A DNA stretch of 64,000 bases from Auanema rhodensis (taxonomy: Eukaryota; Animalia; Nematoda): NCBI GenBank assembly GCA_964057225.1, contig CAXKVF010000072.1, positions 867,073 through 931,072 of the forward strand, in the 5' to 3' direction. Under the pieces are notes generated by a model. That model made no database searches. It saw only the letters and a program-made list of their open reading frames with translations, and was not told the DNA's origin. Shown one piece after another: positions 1 through 13,900 of this stretch. The position numbers and the translations under genes are program-made. How positions within the stretch are numbered: the stretch's first letter is position 1; every line of letters begins with the position of its first letter.

Positions 1-75
1 CAATATCAATAAAAATTAGTTTTTAGACTAATATGGACATGGGGAATCTAATTTTGAAAACCGCATTTCTTTATC

Positions 76-92
76 TTTCACGTGAAGCGAGT
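76..92 (+). other. CENP-B-box-like 17-mer TTTCACGTGAAGCGAGT (7 of 9 core positions), present in nearly every monomer
   Basis: Against NTTCGNNNNANNCGGGN it matches T2, T3, C4, A10, C13, G14 and G16 and mismatches at positions 5 (A for G) and 15 (A for G). The similarity is seen in sequence; function is not shown. Confidence 0.4.
77..86. other. Perfect 10-bp palindrome TTCACGTGAA containing a CACGTG E-box/G-box (per monomer)
   Basis: Self-complementary sequence read directly. A second CACGTG lies at 111-116 and a CACGTA at 144-149. Confidence 0.9.
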
Positions 93-120
93 TACATACC
101 AAGTGCACATCACGTGTACA

Positions 121-140
121 TTTAATTAGCATAAATTAAA
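121..140. other. Inverted repeat TTTAATT-agcata-AATTAAA (7-bp arms, 6-nt spacer; per monomer)
   Basis: 121-127 is the reverse complement of 134-140. Confidence 0.9.
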
Positions 141-159
141 GTTCACGTAAAATTCAAAG

Positions 160-174
160 TCATGGTTACCATGA
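160..174. other. Dyad TCATGGT-T-ACCATGA (7-bp arms, 1-nt centre; per monomer)
   Basis: 160-166 is the reverse complement of 168-174. Confidence 0.9.
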
Positions 175-3100
175 ACCAATATCAATAAAAATTTAATTTT
201 AGACTAATATGGACATGGGGAATCTAATTTTGAAAACCGCATCTCTTTATCTTTCACGTGAAGCGAGTTACATACCAAGTGCACATCACGTGTACATTTA
301 ATTAGCATAAATTAAAGTTCACGTAAATTTCAAAGTCATGGTTACCATGAACCAATATCAATAAAAATTTGTTTTTAGACTAATATGGACATGGGGAATC
401 TAATTTTGAAAACCGCATTTCTTTATCTTTCACGTGAAGCGAGTTACATACCAAGTGCACATCACGTGTACATTTAATTAGCATAAATTAAAGTTCACGT
501 AAAATTCAAAGTCATGGTTACCATGAACCAATATCAATAAAAATTTGTTTTTAGACTAATATGGACATGGGGAATCTAATTTTGAAAACCGCATCTCTTT
601 ATCTTTCACGTGAAGCGAGCTACATACCAAGTGCACATCACGTGTACATTTAATTAGCATAAATTAAAGTTCACGTAAATTTCAAAGTCATGGTTACCAT
701 GAAGCAATATCAATAAAAATTTGTTTTTAGACTAATATGGACATGGGGAATCTAATTTTGAAAACCGCATCTCTTTATCTTTCACGTGAAGCGAGTTACA
801 TACCAAGTGCACATCACGTGTACATTTAATTAGCATAAATTAAAGTTCACGTAAATTTCAAAGTCATGGTTACCATTAACCAATATCAATAAAAATTAGT
901 TTTTAGACTAATATGGACATGGGGAATCTAATTTTGAAAACCGCATTTCTTTATCTTTCACGTGAAGCGAGTTACATACCAAGTGCACATCACGTGTACA
1001 TTTAATTAGCATAAATTAAAGTTCACGTAAAATTCAAAGTCATGGTTACCATGAACCAATATCAATAAAAATTTGTTTTTAGACTAATATGGACATGGGG
1101 AATCTAATTTTGAAAACCGCATCTCTTTATCTTTCACGTGAAGCGAGTTACATACCAAGTGCACATCACGTGTACATTTAATTAGCATAAATTAAAGTTC
1201 ACGTAAATTTCAAAGTCATGGTTACCATGAAGCAATATCAATAAAAATTTGTTTTTAGACTAATATGGACATGGGGAATCTAATTTTGAAAACCGCATCT
1301 CTTTATCTTTCACGTGAAGCGAGTTACATACCAAGTGCACATCACGTGTACATTTAATTAGCATTAATTAAAGTTCACGTAAATTTCAAAGTCATGGTTA
1401 CCATGAACCAATATCAATAAAAATTTGTTTTTAGACTAATATGGACATGGGAATCTAATTTTGAAAACCGCATCTCTTTATCTTTCACGTGAAGCGAATT
1501 ACATACCAAGTGCACATCACGTGTACATTTAATTAGCATAAATTAAAGTTCACGTAAATTTCAAAGTCATGGTTACCATGCACCAATATCAATAAAAATT
1601 TGTTTTTAGACTAATATGGACATGGGGAATCTAATTTTGAAAACCGCATCTCTTTATCTTTCACGTGAAGCGAGTTACATACCAAGTGCACATCACGTGT
1701 ACATTTAATTAGCATAAATTAAAGTTCACGTAAATTTCAAAGTCATGGTTACCATGAAGCAATATCAATAAAAATTTGTTTTTAGACTAATATGGACATG
1801 GGGAATCTAATTTTGAAAACCGCATCTCTTTATCTTTCACGTGAAGCGAGTTACATACCAAGTGCACATCACGTGTACATTTAATTAGCATGAATTAAAG
1901 TTCACGTAAATTTCAAAGTCATGGTTACCATGCACCAATATCAATAAAAATTTGTTTTTAGACTAATATGGACATGGGGAATCTAATTTTGAAAACCGCA
2001 TCTCTTTATCTTTCACGTGAAGCGAGTTACATACCAAGTGCACATCACGTGTACATTTAATTAGCATAAATTAAAGTTCACGTAAATTTCAAAGTCATGG
2101 TTACCATGAAGCAATATCAATAAAAATTTGTTTTTAGACTAATATGGACATGGGGAATCTAATTTTGAAAACCGCATCTCTTTATCTTTCACGTGAAGCG
2201 AGTTACATACCAAGTGCACATCACGTGTACATTTAATTAGCATAAATTAAAGTTCACGTAAATTTCAAAGTCATGGTTACCATGAAGCAATATCAATAAA
2301 AATTTGTTTTTAGACTAATATGGACAGGGGGAATCTAATTTTGAAAACCGCATCTCTTTATCTTTCACGTGAAGCGAGTTACATACCAAGTGCACATCAC
2401 GTGTACATTTAATTAGCATAAATTAAAGTTCACGTAAATTTCAAAGTCATGGTTACCATGAAGCAATATCAATAAAAATTTGTTTTTAGACTAATATGGA
2501 CATGGGGAATCTAATTTTGAAAACCGCATCTCTTTATCTTTCACGTGAAGCGAGTTACATACCAAGTGCACATCACGTGTACATATAATTAGCATAAATT
2601 AAAGTTCACGTAAATTTCAAAGTCATGGTTACCATGAACCAATATCAATAAAAATTTGTTTTTAGACTAATATGGACATGGGGAATCTAATTTTGAAAAC
2701 CGCATTTCTTTATCTTTCACGTGAAGCGAGTTACATACCAAGTGCACATCACGTGTACATTTAATTAGCATAAATTAAAGTTCACGTAAAATTCAAAGTC
2801 ATGGTTACCATGAACCAATATCAATAAAAATTTGTTTTTAGACTAATATGGACATGGGGAATCTAATTTTGAAAACCGCATTTCTTTATCTTTCACGTGA
2901 AGCGAGTTACATACCAAGTGCACATCACGTGTACATTTAATTAGCATAAATTAAAGTTCACGTAAATTTCAAAGTCATGGTTACCATGAACCAATATCAA
3001 TAAAAATTTGTTTTTAGACTAATATGGACATGGGGAATCTAATTTTGAAAACCGCATTTCTTTATCTTTCACGTGAAGCGAGTTACATACCAAGTGCACA

Positions 3101-6100
3101 TCACGTGTACATTTAATTAGCATAAATTAAAGTTCACGTAAAATTCAAAGTCATGGTTACCATGAACCAATATCAATAAAAATTTGTTTTTAGACTAATA
3201 TGGACATGGGGAATCTAATTTTGAAAACCGCATCTCTTTATCTTTCACGTGAAGCGAGTTACATACCAAGTGCACATCACGTGTACATTTAATTAGCATA
3301 AATTAAAGTTCACGTAAATTTCAAAGTCATGGTTACCATGAAGCAATATCAATAAAAATTTGTTTTTAGACTAATATGGACATGGGGAATCTAATTTTGA
3401 AAACCGCATCTCTTTATCTTTCACGTGAAGCGAGTTACATACCAAGTGCACATCACGTGTACATTTAATTAGCATAAATTAAAGTTCACGTAAATTTCAA
3501 AGTCATGGTTACCATGAACCAATATCAATAAAAATTTGTTTTTAGACTAATATGGACATGGGGAATCTAATTTTGAAAACCGCATTTCTTTATCTTTCAC
3601 GTGAAGCGAGTTACATACCAAGTGCACATCACGTGTACATTTAATTAGCATAAATTAAAGTTCACGTAAAATTCAAAGTCATGGTTACCATGAACCAATA
3701 TCAATAAAAATTTGTTTTTAGACTAATATGGACATGGGGAATCTAATTTTGAAAACCGCATCTCTTTATCTTTCACGTGAAGCGAGTTACATACCAAGTG
3801 CACATCACGTGTACATTTAATTAGCATAAATTAAAGTTCACGTAAATTTCAAAGTCATGGTTACCATGAAGCAATATCAATAAAAATTTGTTTTTAGACT
3901 AATATGGACATGGGGAATCTAATTTTGAAAACCGCATCTCTTTATCTTTCACGTGAAGCGAGTTACATACCAAGTGCACATCACGTGTACATTTAATTAG
4001 CATAAATTAAAGTTCACGTAAAATTCAAAGTCATGGTTACCATGAACCAATATCAATAAAAATTTGTTTTTAGACTAATATGGACATGGGGAATCTAATT
4101 TTGAAAACCGCATCTCTTTATCTTTCACGTGAAGCGAGTTACATACCAAGTGCACATCACGTGTACATTTAATTAGCATAAATTAAAGTTCACGTAAATT
4201 TCAAAGTCATGGTTACCATGAAGCAATATCAATAAAAATTTGTTTTTAGACTAATATGGACATGGGGAATCTAATTTTGAAAACCGCATTTCTTTATCTT
4301 TCACGTGAAGCGAGTTACATACCAAGTGCACATCACGTGTACATTTAATTAGCATAAATTAAAGTTCACGTAAAATTCAAAGTCATGGTTACCATGAACC
4401 AATATCAATAAAAATTTGTTTTTAGACTAATATGGACATGGGGAATCTAATTTTGAAAACCGCATCTCTTTATCTTTCACGTGAAGCGAGTTACATACCA
4501 AGTGCACATCACGTGTACATTTAATTAGCATAAATTAAAGTTCACGTAAATTTCAAAGTCATGGTTACCATGAAGCAATATCAATAAAAATTTGTTTTTA
4601 GACTAATATGGACATGGGGAATCTAATTTTGAAAACCGCATCTCTTTATCTTTCACGTGAAGCGAGTTACATACCAAGTGCACATCACGTGTACATTTAA
4701 TTAGCATTAATTAAAGTTCACGTAAATTTCAAAGTCATGGTTACCATGAACCAATATCAATAAAAATTTGTTTTTAGACTAATATGGACATGGGGAATCT
4801 AATTTTGAAAACCGCATCTCTTTATCTTTCACGTGAAGCGAGTTACATACCAAGTGCACATCACGTGTACATTTAATTAGCATAAATTAAAGTTCACGTA
4901 AAATTCAAAGTCATGGTTACCATGAACCAATATCAATAAAAATTTGTTTTTAGACTAATATGGACATGGGGAATCTAATTTTGAAAACCGCATCTCTTTA
5001 TCTTTCACGTGAAGCGAGTTACATACCAAGTGCACATCACGTGTACATTTAATTAGCATAAATTAAAGTTCACGTAAATTTCAAAGTCATGGTTACCATG
5101 AACCAATATCAATAAAAATTTGTTTTTAGACTAATATGGACATGGGGAATCTAATTTTGAAAACCGCATCTCTTTATCTTTCACGTGAAGCGAGTTACAT
5201 ACCAAGTGCACATCACGTGTACATTTAATTAGCATTAATTAAAGTTCACGTAAATTTCAAAGTCATGGTTACCATGAACCAATATCAATAAAAATTTGTT
5301 TTTAGACTAATATGGACATGGGGAATCTAATTTTGAAAACCGCATCTCTTTATCTTTCACGTGAAGCGAGTTACATACCAAGTGCACATCACGTGTACAT
5401 TTAATTAGCATAAATTAAAGTTCACGTAAAATTCAAAGTCATGGTTACCATGAAGCAATATCAATAAAAATTTGTTTTTAGACTAATATGGACATGGGGA
5501 ATCTAATTTTGAAAACCGCATCTCTTTATCTTTCACGTGAAGCGAGTTACATACCAAGTGCACATCACGTGTACATTTAATTAGCATAAATTAAAGTTCA
5601 CGTAAATTTCAAAGTCATGGTTACCATGAAGCAATATCAATAAAAATTTGTTTTTAGACTAATATGGACATGGGGAATCTAATTTTGAAAACCGCATCTC
5701 TTTATCTTTCACGTGAAGCGAGTTACATACCAAGTGCACATCACGTGTACATTTAATTAGCATTAATTAAAGTTCACGTAAATTTCAAAGTCATGGTTAC
5801 CATGAACCAATATCAATAAAAATTTGTTTTTAGACTAATATGGACATGGGGAATCAAATTTTGAAAACCGCATCTCTTTATCTTTCACGTGAAGCGAGTT
5901 ACATACCAAGTGCACATCACGTGTACATTTAATTAGCATAAATTAAAGTTCACGTAAAATTCAAAGTCATGGTTACCATGAACCAATATCAATAAAAATT
6001 TGTTTTTAGACTAATATGGACATGGGGAATCTAATTTTGAAAACCGCATCTCTTTATCTTTCACGTGAAGCGAGTTACATACCAAGTGCACATCACGTGT

Positions 6101-7029
6101 ACATTTAATTAGCATAAATTAAAGTTCACGTAAATTTCAAAGTCATGGTTACCATGAACCAATATCAATAAAAATTTGTTTTTAGACTAATATGGACATG
6201 GGGAATCTAATTTTGAAAACCGCATTTCTTTATCTTTCACGTGAAGCGAGTTACATACCAAGTGCACATCACGTGTACATTTAATTAGCATAAATTAAAG
6301 TTCACGTAAAATTCAAAGTCATGGTTACCATGAACCAATATCAATAAAAATTTGTTTTTAGACTAATATGGACATGGGGAATCTAATTTTGAAAACCGCA
6401 TCTCTTTATCTTTCACGTGAAGCGAGTTACATACCAAGTGCACATCACGTGTACATTTAATTAGCATAAATTAAAGTTCACGTAAATTTCAAAGTCATGG
6501 TTACCATGAAGCAATATCAATAAAAATTTGTTTTTAGACTAATATGGACATGGGGAATCTAATTTTGAAAACCGCATCTCTTTATCTTTCACGTGAAGCG
6601 AGTTACATACCAAGTGCACATCACGTGTACATTTAATTAGCATTAATTAAAGTTCACGTAAATTTCAAAGTCATGGTTACCATGAACCAATATCAATAAA
6701 AATTTGTTTTTAGACTAATATGGACATGGGGAATCTAATTTTGAAAACCGCATCTCTTTATCTTTCACGTGAAGCGAGTTACATACCAAGTGCACATCAC
6801 GTGTACATTTAATTAGCATAAATTAAAGTTCACGTAAAATTCAAAGTCATGGTTACCATGAACCAATATCAATAAAAATTTGTTTTTAGACTAATATGGA
6901 CATGGGGAATCTAATTTTGAAAACCGCATCTCTTTATCTTTCACGTGAAGCGAGTTACATACCAAGTGCACATCACGTGTACATTTAATTAGCATAAATT
7001 AAAGTTCACGTAAATTTCAAAGTCATGGT

Positions 7030-10000
7030 TACCATGCACCAATATCAATAAAAATTTGTTTTTAGACTAATATGGACATGGGGAATCTAATTTTGAAAAC
7101 CGCATCTCTTTATCTTTCACGTGAAGCGAGTTACATACCAAGTGCACATCACGTGTACATTTAATTAGCATAAATTAAAGTTCACGTAAATTTCAAAGTC
7201 ATGGTTACCATGAACCAATATCAATAAAAATTTGTTTTTAGACTAATATGGACATGGGGAATCTAATTTTGAAAACCGCATCTATTCATCTTTCACGTGA
7301 AGCGAGTTACATACCAAGTGCACATCACGTGTACATTTAATTAGCATAAATTAAAGTTCACGTAAATTTCAAAGTCATGGTTACCATGCACCAATATCAA
7401 TAAAAATTTGTTTTTAGACTAATATGGACATGGGGAATCTAATTTTGAAAACCGCATCTCTTTATCTTTCACGTGAAGCGAGTTACATACCAAGTGCACA
7501 TCACGTGTACATTTAATTAGCATAAATTAAAGTTCACGTAAAATTCAAAGTCATGGTTACCATGAACCAATATCAATAAAAATTTGTTTTTAGACTAATA
7601 TGGACATGGGGAATCTAATTTTGAAAACCGCATCTCTTTATCTTTCACGTGAAGCGAGTTACATACCAAGTGCACATCACGTGTACATTTAATTAGCATA
7701 AGTTAAAGTTCACGTAAATTTCAAAGTCATGGTTACCATGAACCAATATCAATAAAAATTTGTTTTTAGACTAATATGGACATGGGGAATCTAATTTTGA
7801 AAACCGCATTTCTTTATCTTTCACGTGAAGCGAGTTACATACCAAGTGCACATCACGTGTACATTTAATTAGCATAAATTAAAGTTCACGTAAAATTCAA
7901 AGTCATGGTTACCATGAACCAATATCAATAAAAATTTGTTTTTAGACTAATATGGACATGGGGAATCTAATTTTGAAAACCGCATCTCTTTATCTTTCAC
8001 GTGAAGCGAGCTACATACCAAGTGCACATCACGTGTACATTTAATTAGCATAAATTAAAGTTCACGTAAATTTCAAAGTCATGGTTACCATGAAGCAATA
8101 TCAATAAAAATTTGTTTTTAGACTAATATGGACATGGGGAATCTAATTTTGAAAACTGCATCTCTTTATCTTTCACGTGAAGCGAGTTACATACCAAGTG
8201 CACATCACGTGTACATTTAATTAGCATAAATTAAAGTTCACGTAAATTTCAAAGTCATGGTTACCATGAACCAATATCAATAAAAATTAGTTTTTAGACT
8301 AATATGGACATGGGGAATCTAATTTTGAAAACCGCATTTCTTTATCTTTCACGTGAAGCGAGTTACATACCAAGTGCACATCACGTGTACATTTAATTAG
8401 CATAAATTAAAGTTCACGTAAAATTCAAAGTCATGGTTACCATGAACCAATATCAATAAAAATTTAATTTTAGACTAATATGGACATGGGGAATCTAATT
8501 TTGAAAACCGCATCTCTTTATCTTTCACGTGAAGCGAGTTACATACCAAGTGCACATCACGTGTACATTTAATTAGCATAAATTAAAGTTCACGTAAATT
8601 TCAAAGTCATGGTTACCATGAACCAATATCAATAAAAATTTGTTTTTAGACTAATATGGACATGGGGAATCTAATTTTGAAAACCGCATCTCTTTATCTT
8701 TCACGTGAAGCGAGTTATATACCAAGTGCACATCACGTGTACATTTAATTAGCATAAATTAAAGTTCACGTAAATTTCAAAGTCATGGTTACCATGCAAT
8801 AATATCAATAAAAATTTGTTTTTAGACTAATATGGACATGGGGAATCTAATTTTGAAAACCGCATCTCTTTATCTTTCACGTGAAGCGAGTTACATACCA
8901 AGTGCACATCACGTGTACATTTAATTAGCATAAATTAAAGTTCACGTAAATTTCAAAGTCATGGTTACCATGAACCAATATCAATAAAAATTTGTTTTTA
9001 GACTAATATGGACATGGGGAATCTAATTTTGAAAACAGCATCTATTCATCTTTCACGTGAAGCGAGTTACATACCAAGTGCACATCACGTGTACATTTAA
9101 TTAGCATAAATTAAAGTTCACGTAAATTTCAAAGTCATGGTTACCATGCACCAATATCAATAAAAATTTGTTTTTAGACTAATATGGACATGGGGAATCT
9201 AATTTTGAAAACCGCATCTCTTTATCTTTCACGTGAAGCGAGTTACATACCAAGTGCACATCACGTGTACATTTAATTAGCATAAATTAAAGTTCACGTA
9301 AAATTCAAAGTCATGGTTACCATAAACCAATATCAATAAAAATTTGTTTTTAGACTAATATGGACATGGGGAATCTAATTTTGAAAACCGCATCTCTTTA
9401 TCTTTCACGTGAAGCGAGTTACATACCAAGTGCACATCACGTGTACATTTAATTAGCATAAGTTAAAGTTCACGTAAATTTCAAAGTCATGGTTACCATG
9501 AACCAATATCAATAAAAATTTGTTTTTAGACTAATATGGACATGGGGAATCTAATTTTGAAAACCGCATTTCTTTATCTTTCACGTGAAGCGAGTTACAT
9601 ACCAAGTGCACATCACGTGTACATTTAATTAGCATAAATTAAAGTTCACGTAAAATTCAAAGTCATGGTTACCATGAACCAATATCAATAAAAATTTGTT
9701 TTTAGACTAATATGGACATGGGGAATCTAATTTTGAAAACCGCATCTCTTTATCTTTCACGTGAAGCGAGCTACATACCAAGTGCACATCACGTGTACAT
9801 TTAATTAGCATAAATTAAAGTTCACGTAAATTTCAAAGTCATGGTTACCATGAAGCAATATCAATAAAAATTTGTTTTTAGACTAATATGGACATGGGGA
9901 ATCTAATTTTGAAAACCGCATCTCTTTATCTTTCACGTGAAGCGAGTTACATACCAAGTGCACATCACGTGTACATTTAATTAGCATAAATTAAAGTTCA

Positions 10001-13000
10001 CGTAAATTTCAAAGTCATGGTTACCATGAACCAATATCAATAAAAATTAGTTTTTAGACTAATATGGACATGGGGAATCTAATTTTGAAAACCGCATTTC
10101 TTTATCTTTCACGTGAAGCGAGTTACATACCAAGTGCACATCACGTGTACATTTAATTAGCATAAATTAAAGTTCACGTAAAATTCAAAGTCATGGTTAC
10201 CATGAACCAATATCAATAAAAATTTAATTTTAGACTAATATGGACATGGGGAATCTAATTTTGAAAACCGCATCTCTTTATCTTTCACGTGAAGCGAGTT
10301 ACATACCAAGTGCACATCACGTGTACATTTAATTAGCATAAATTAAAGTTCACGTAAATTTCAAAGTCATGGTTACCATGAACCAATATCAATAAAAATT
10401 TGTTTCTAGACTAATATGGACATGGGGAATCTAATTTTGAAAACCGCATTTCTTTATCTTTCACGTGAAGCGAGTTACATACCAAGTGCACATCACGTGT
10501 ACATTTAATTAGCATAAATTAAAGTTCACGTAAAATTCAAAGTCATGGTTACCATGAACCAATATCAATAAAAATTTGTTTTTGGACTAATATGGACATG
10601 GGGAATCTAATTTTGAAAACCGCATCTCTTTATCTTTCACGTGAAGCGAGTTACATACCAAGTGCACATCACGTGTACATTTAATTAGCATAAATTAAAG
10701 TTCACGTAAATTTCAAAGTCATGGTTACCATGAACCAATATCAATAAAAATTTGTTTTTAGACTAATATGGACATGGGGAATCTAATTTTGAAAACCGCA
10801 TCTCTTTATCTTTCACGTGAAGCGAGTTACATACCAAGTGCACATCACGTGTACATTTAATTAGCATAAATTAAAGTTCACGTAAATTTCAAAGTCATGG
10901 TTACCATGCACCAATATCAATAAAAATTTGTTTTTAGACTAATATGGACATGGGGAATCTAATTTTGAAAACCGCATTTCTTTATCTTTCACGTGAAGCG
11001 AGTTACATACCAAGTGCACATCACGTGTACATTTAATTAGCATAAATTAAAGTTCACGTAAAATTCAAAGTCATGGTTACCATGAACCAATATCAATAAA
11101 AATTTGTTTTTAGACTAATATGGACATGGGGAATCTAATTTTGAAAACCGCATCTCTTTATCTTTCACGTGAAGCGAGCTACATACCAAGTGCACATCAC
11201 GTGTACATTTAATTAGCATAAATTAAAGTTCACGTAAATTTCAAAGTCATGGTTACCATGAAGCAATATCAATAAAAATTTGTTTTTAGACTAATATGGA
11301 CATGGGGAATCTAATTTTGAAAACCGCATCTCTTTATCTTTCACGTGAAGCGAGTTACATACCAAGTGCACATCACGTGTACATTTAATTAGCATAAATT
11401 AAAGTTCACGTAAATTTCAAAGTCATGGTTACCATGAACCAATATCAATAAAAATTAGTTTTTAGACTAATATGGACATGGGGAATCTAATTTTGAAAAC
11501 CGCATTTCTTTATCTTTCACGTGAAGCGAGTTACATACCAAGTGCACATCACGTGTACATTTAATTAGCATAAATTAAAGTTCACGTAAAATTCAAAGTC
11601 ATGGTTACCATGAACCAATATCAATAAAAATTTAATTTTAGACTAATATGGACATGGGGAATCTAATTTTGAAAACCGCATCTCTTTATCTTTCACGTGA
11701 AGCGAGTTACATACCAAGTGCACATCACGTGTACATTTAATTAGCATAAATTAAAGTTCACGTAAATTTCAAAGTCATGGTTACCATGAACCAATATCAA
11801 TAAAAATTTGTTTCTAGACTAATATGGACATGGGGAATCTAATTTTGAAAACCGCATTTCTTTATCTTTCACGTGAAGCGAGTTACATACCAAGTGCACA
11901 TCACGTGTACATTTAATTAGCATAAATTAAAGTTCACGTAAAATTCAAAGTCATGGTTACCATGAACCAATATCAATAAAAATTTGTTTTTGGACTAATA
12001 TGGACATGGGGAATCTAATTTTGAAAACCGCATCTCTTTATCTTTCACGTGAAGCGAGTTACATACCAAGTGCACATCACGTGTACATTTAATTAGCATA
12101 AATTAAAGTTCACGTAAATTTCAAAGTCATGGTTACCATGAACCAATATCAATAAAAATTTGTTTTTAGACTAATATGGACATGGGGAATCTAATTTTGA
12201 AAACCGCATCTCTTTATCTTTCACGTGAAGCGAGTTACATACCAAGTGCACATCACGTGTACATTTAATTAGCATAAATTAAAGTTCACGTAAATTTCAA
12301 AGTCATGGTTACCATGCACCAATATCAATAAAAATTTGTTTTTAGACTAATATGGACATGGGGAATCTAATTTTGAAAACCGCATCTCTTTATCTTTCAC
12401 GTGAAGCGAGTTACATACCAAGTGCACATCACGTGTACATTTAATTAGCATAAATTAAAGTTCACGTAAATTTCAAAGTCATGGTTACCATGAACCAATA
12501 TCAATAAAAATTTGTTTTTAGACTAATATGGACATGGGGAATCTAATTTTGAAAACCGCATCTATTCATCTTTCACGTGAAGCGAGTTACATACCAAGTG
12601 CACATCACGTGTACATTTAATTAGCATAAATTAAAGTTCACGTAAATTTCAAAGTCATGGTTACCATGCACCAATATCAATAAAAATTTGTTTTTAGACT
12701 AATATGGACATGGGGAATCTAATTTTGAAAACCGCATCTCTTTATCTTTCACGTGAAGCGAGTTACATACCAAGTGCACATCACGTGTACATTTAATTAG
12801 CATAAATTAAAGTTCACGTAAAATTCAAAGTCATGGTTACCATGAACCAATATCAATAAAAATTTGTTTTTAGACTAATATGGACATGGGGAATCTAATT
12901 TTGAAAACCGCATCTCTTTATCTTTCACGTGAAGCGAGTTACATACCAAGTGCACATCACGTGTACATTTAATTAGCATAAGTTAAAGTTCACGTAAATT

Positions 13001-13900
13001 TCAAAGTCATGGTTACCATGAACCAATATCAATAAAAATTTGTTTTTAGACTAATATGGACATGGGGAATCTAATTTTGAAAACCGCATTTCTTTATCTT
13101 TCACGTGAAGCGAGTTACATACCAAGTGCACATCACGTGTACATTTAATTAGCATAAATTAAAGTTCACGTAAAATTCAAAGTCATGGTTACCATGAACC
13201 AATATCAATAAAAATTTGTTTTTAGACTAATATGGACATGGGGAATCTAATTTTGAAAACCGCATCTCTTTATCTTTCACGTGAAGCGAGCTACATACCA
13301 AGTGCACATCACGTGTACATTTAATTAGCATAAATTAAAGTTCACGTAAATTTCAAAGTCATGGTTACCATGAAGCAATATCAATAAAAATTTGTTTTTA
13401 GACTAATATGGACATGGGGAATCTAATTTTGAAAACCGCATCTCTTTATCTTTCACGTGAAGCGAGTTACATACCAAGTGCACATCACGTGTACATTTAA
13501 TTAGCATAAATTAAAGTTCACGTAAATTTCAAAGTCATGGTTACCATGAACCAATATCAATAAAAATTAGTTTTTAGACTAATATGGACATGGGGAATCT
13601 AATTTTGAAAACCGCATTTCTTTATCTTTCACGTGAAGCGAGTTACATACCAAGTGCACATCACGTGTACATTTAATTAGCATAAATTAAAGTTCACGTA
13701 AAATTCAAAGTCATGGTTACCATGAACCAATATCAATAAAAATTTGTTTTTGGACTAATATGGACATGGGGAATCTAATTTTGAAAACCGCATCTCTTTA
13801 TCTTTCACGTGAAGCGAGCTACATACCAAGTGCACATCACGTGTACATTTAATTAGCATAAATTAAAGTTCACGTAAATTTCAAAGTCATGGTTACCATG
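7030..13900 (+). repeat. Higher-order repeat region based on a ~10-monomer (1760-bp) unit with an internal 8-monomer duplication
   Basis: TCTATTCATC at 7284/9044/12564 and CATAAGTT at 7702/9462/12982 (offsets 1760 and 3520). GTTTCTAGA at 10406/11814 and TTTGGACT at 10584/11992 (offset 1408 = 8x176). Boundaries approximate. Confidence 0.85.

Larger units (their letters stand above)
1..176 (+). repeat. Representative 176-bp monomer (this copy carries the minority alleles A18, T67, A152)
   Basis: Direct comparison of 1-176 with 177-352 and downstream copies. The monomer boundary is arbitrary and set to the window start. Confidence 0.98.

Noticed and set aside
1-176. Assignment to known 176-bp satellites (Brassica CentBr, honey bee AluI) or to ~171-178-bp alpha satellite/CEN178
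   Set aside because: Only the length agrees. The consensus has no AAGCTT or AGCT site (AGCT occurs in only about 9 variant copies) and I do not recognise the sequence. A database search is needed.
1-176. 5S rRNA, tRNA or snRNA tandem gene array, or MITE
   Set aside because: No recognisable Pol III A/B/C boxes, cloverleaf, conserved RNA sequence, terminal inverted repeats or target-site duplications.
174-176. AAC/AAG/CAC junction states as an information-bearing code or programmed switch
   Set aside because: The order of states is explained by block duplications shared with other linked SNPs; there is no sign of a recombinase site or a template.
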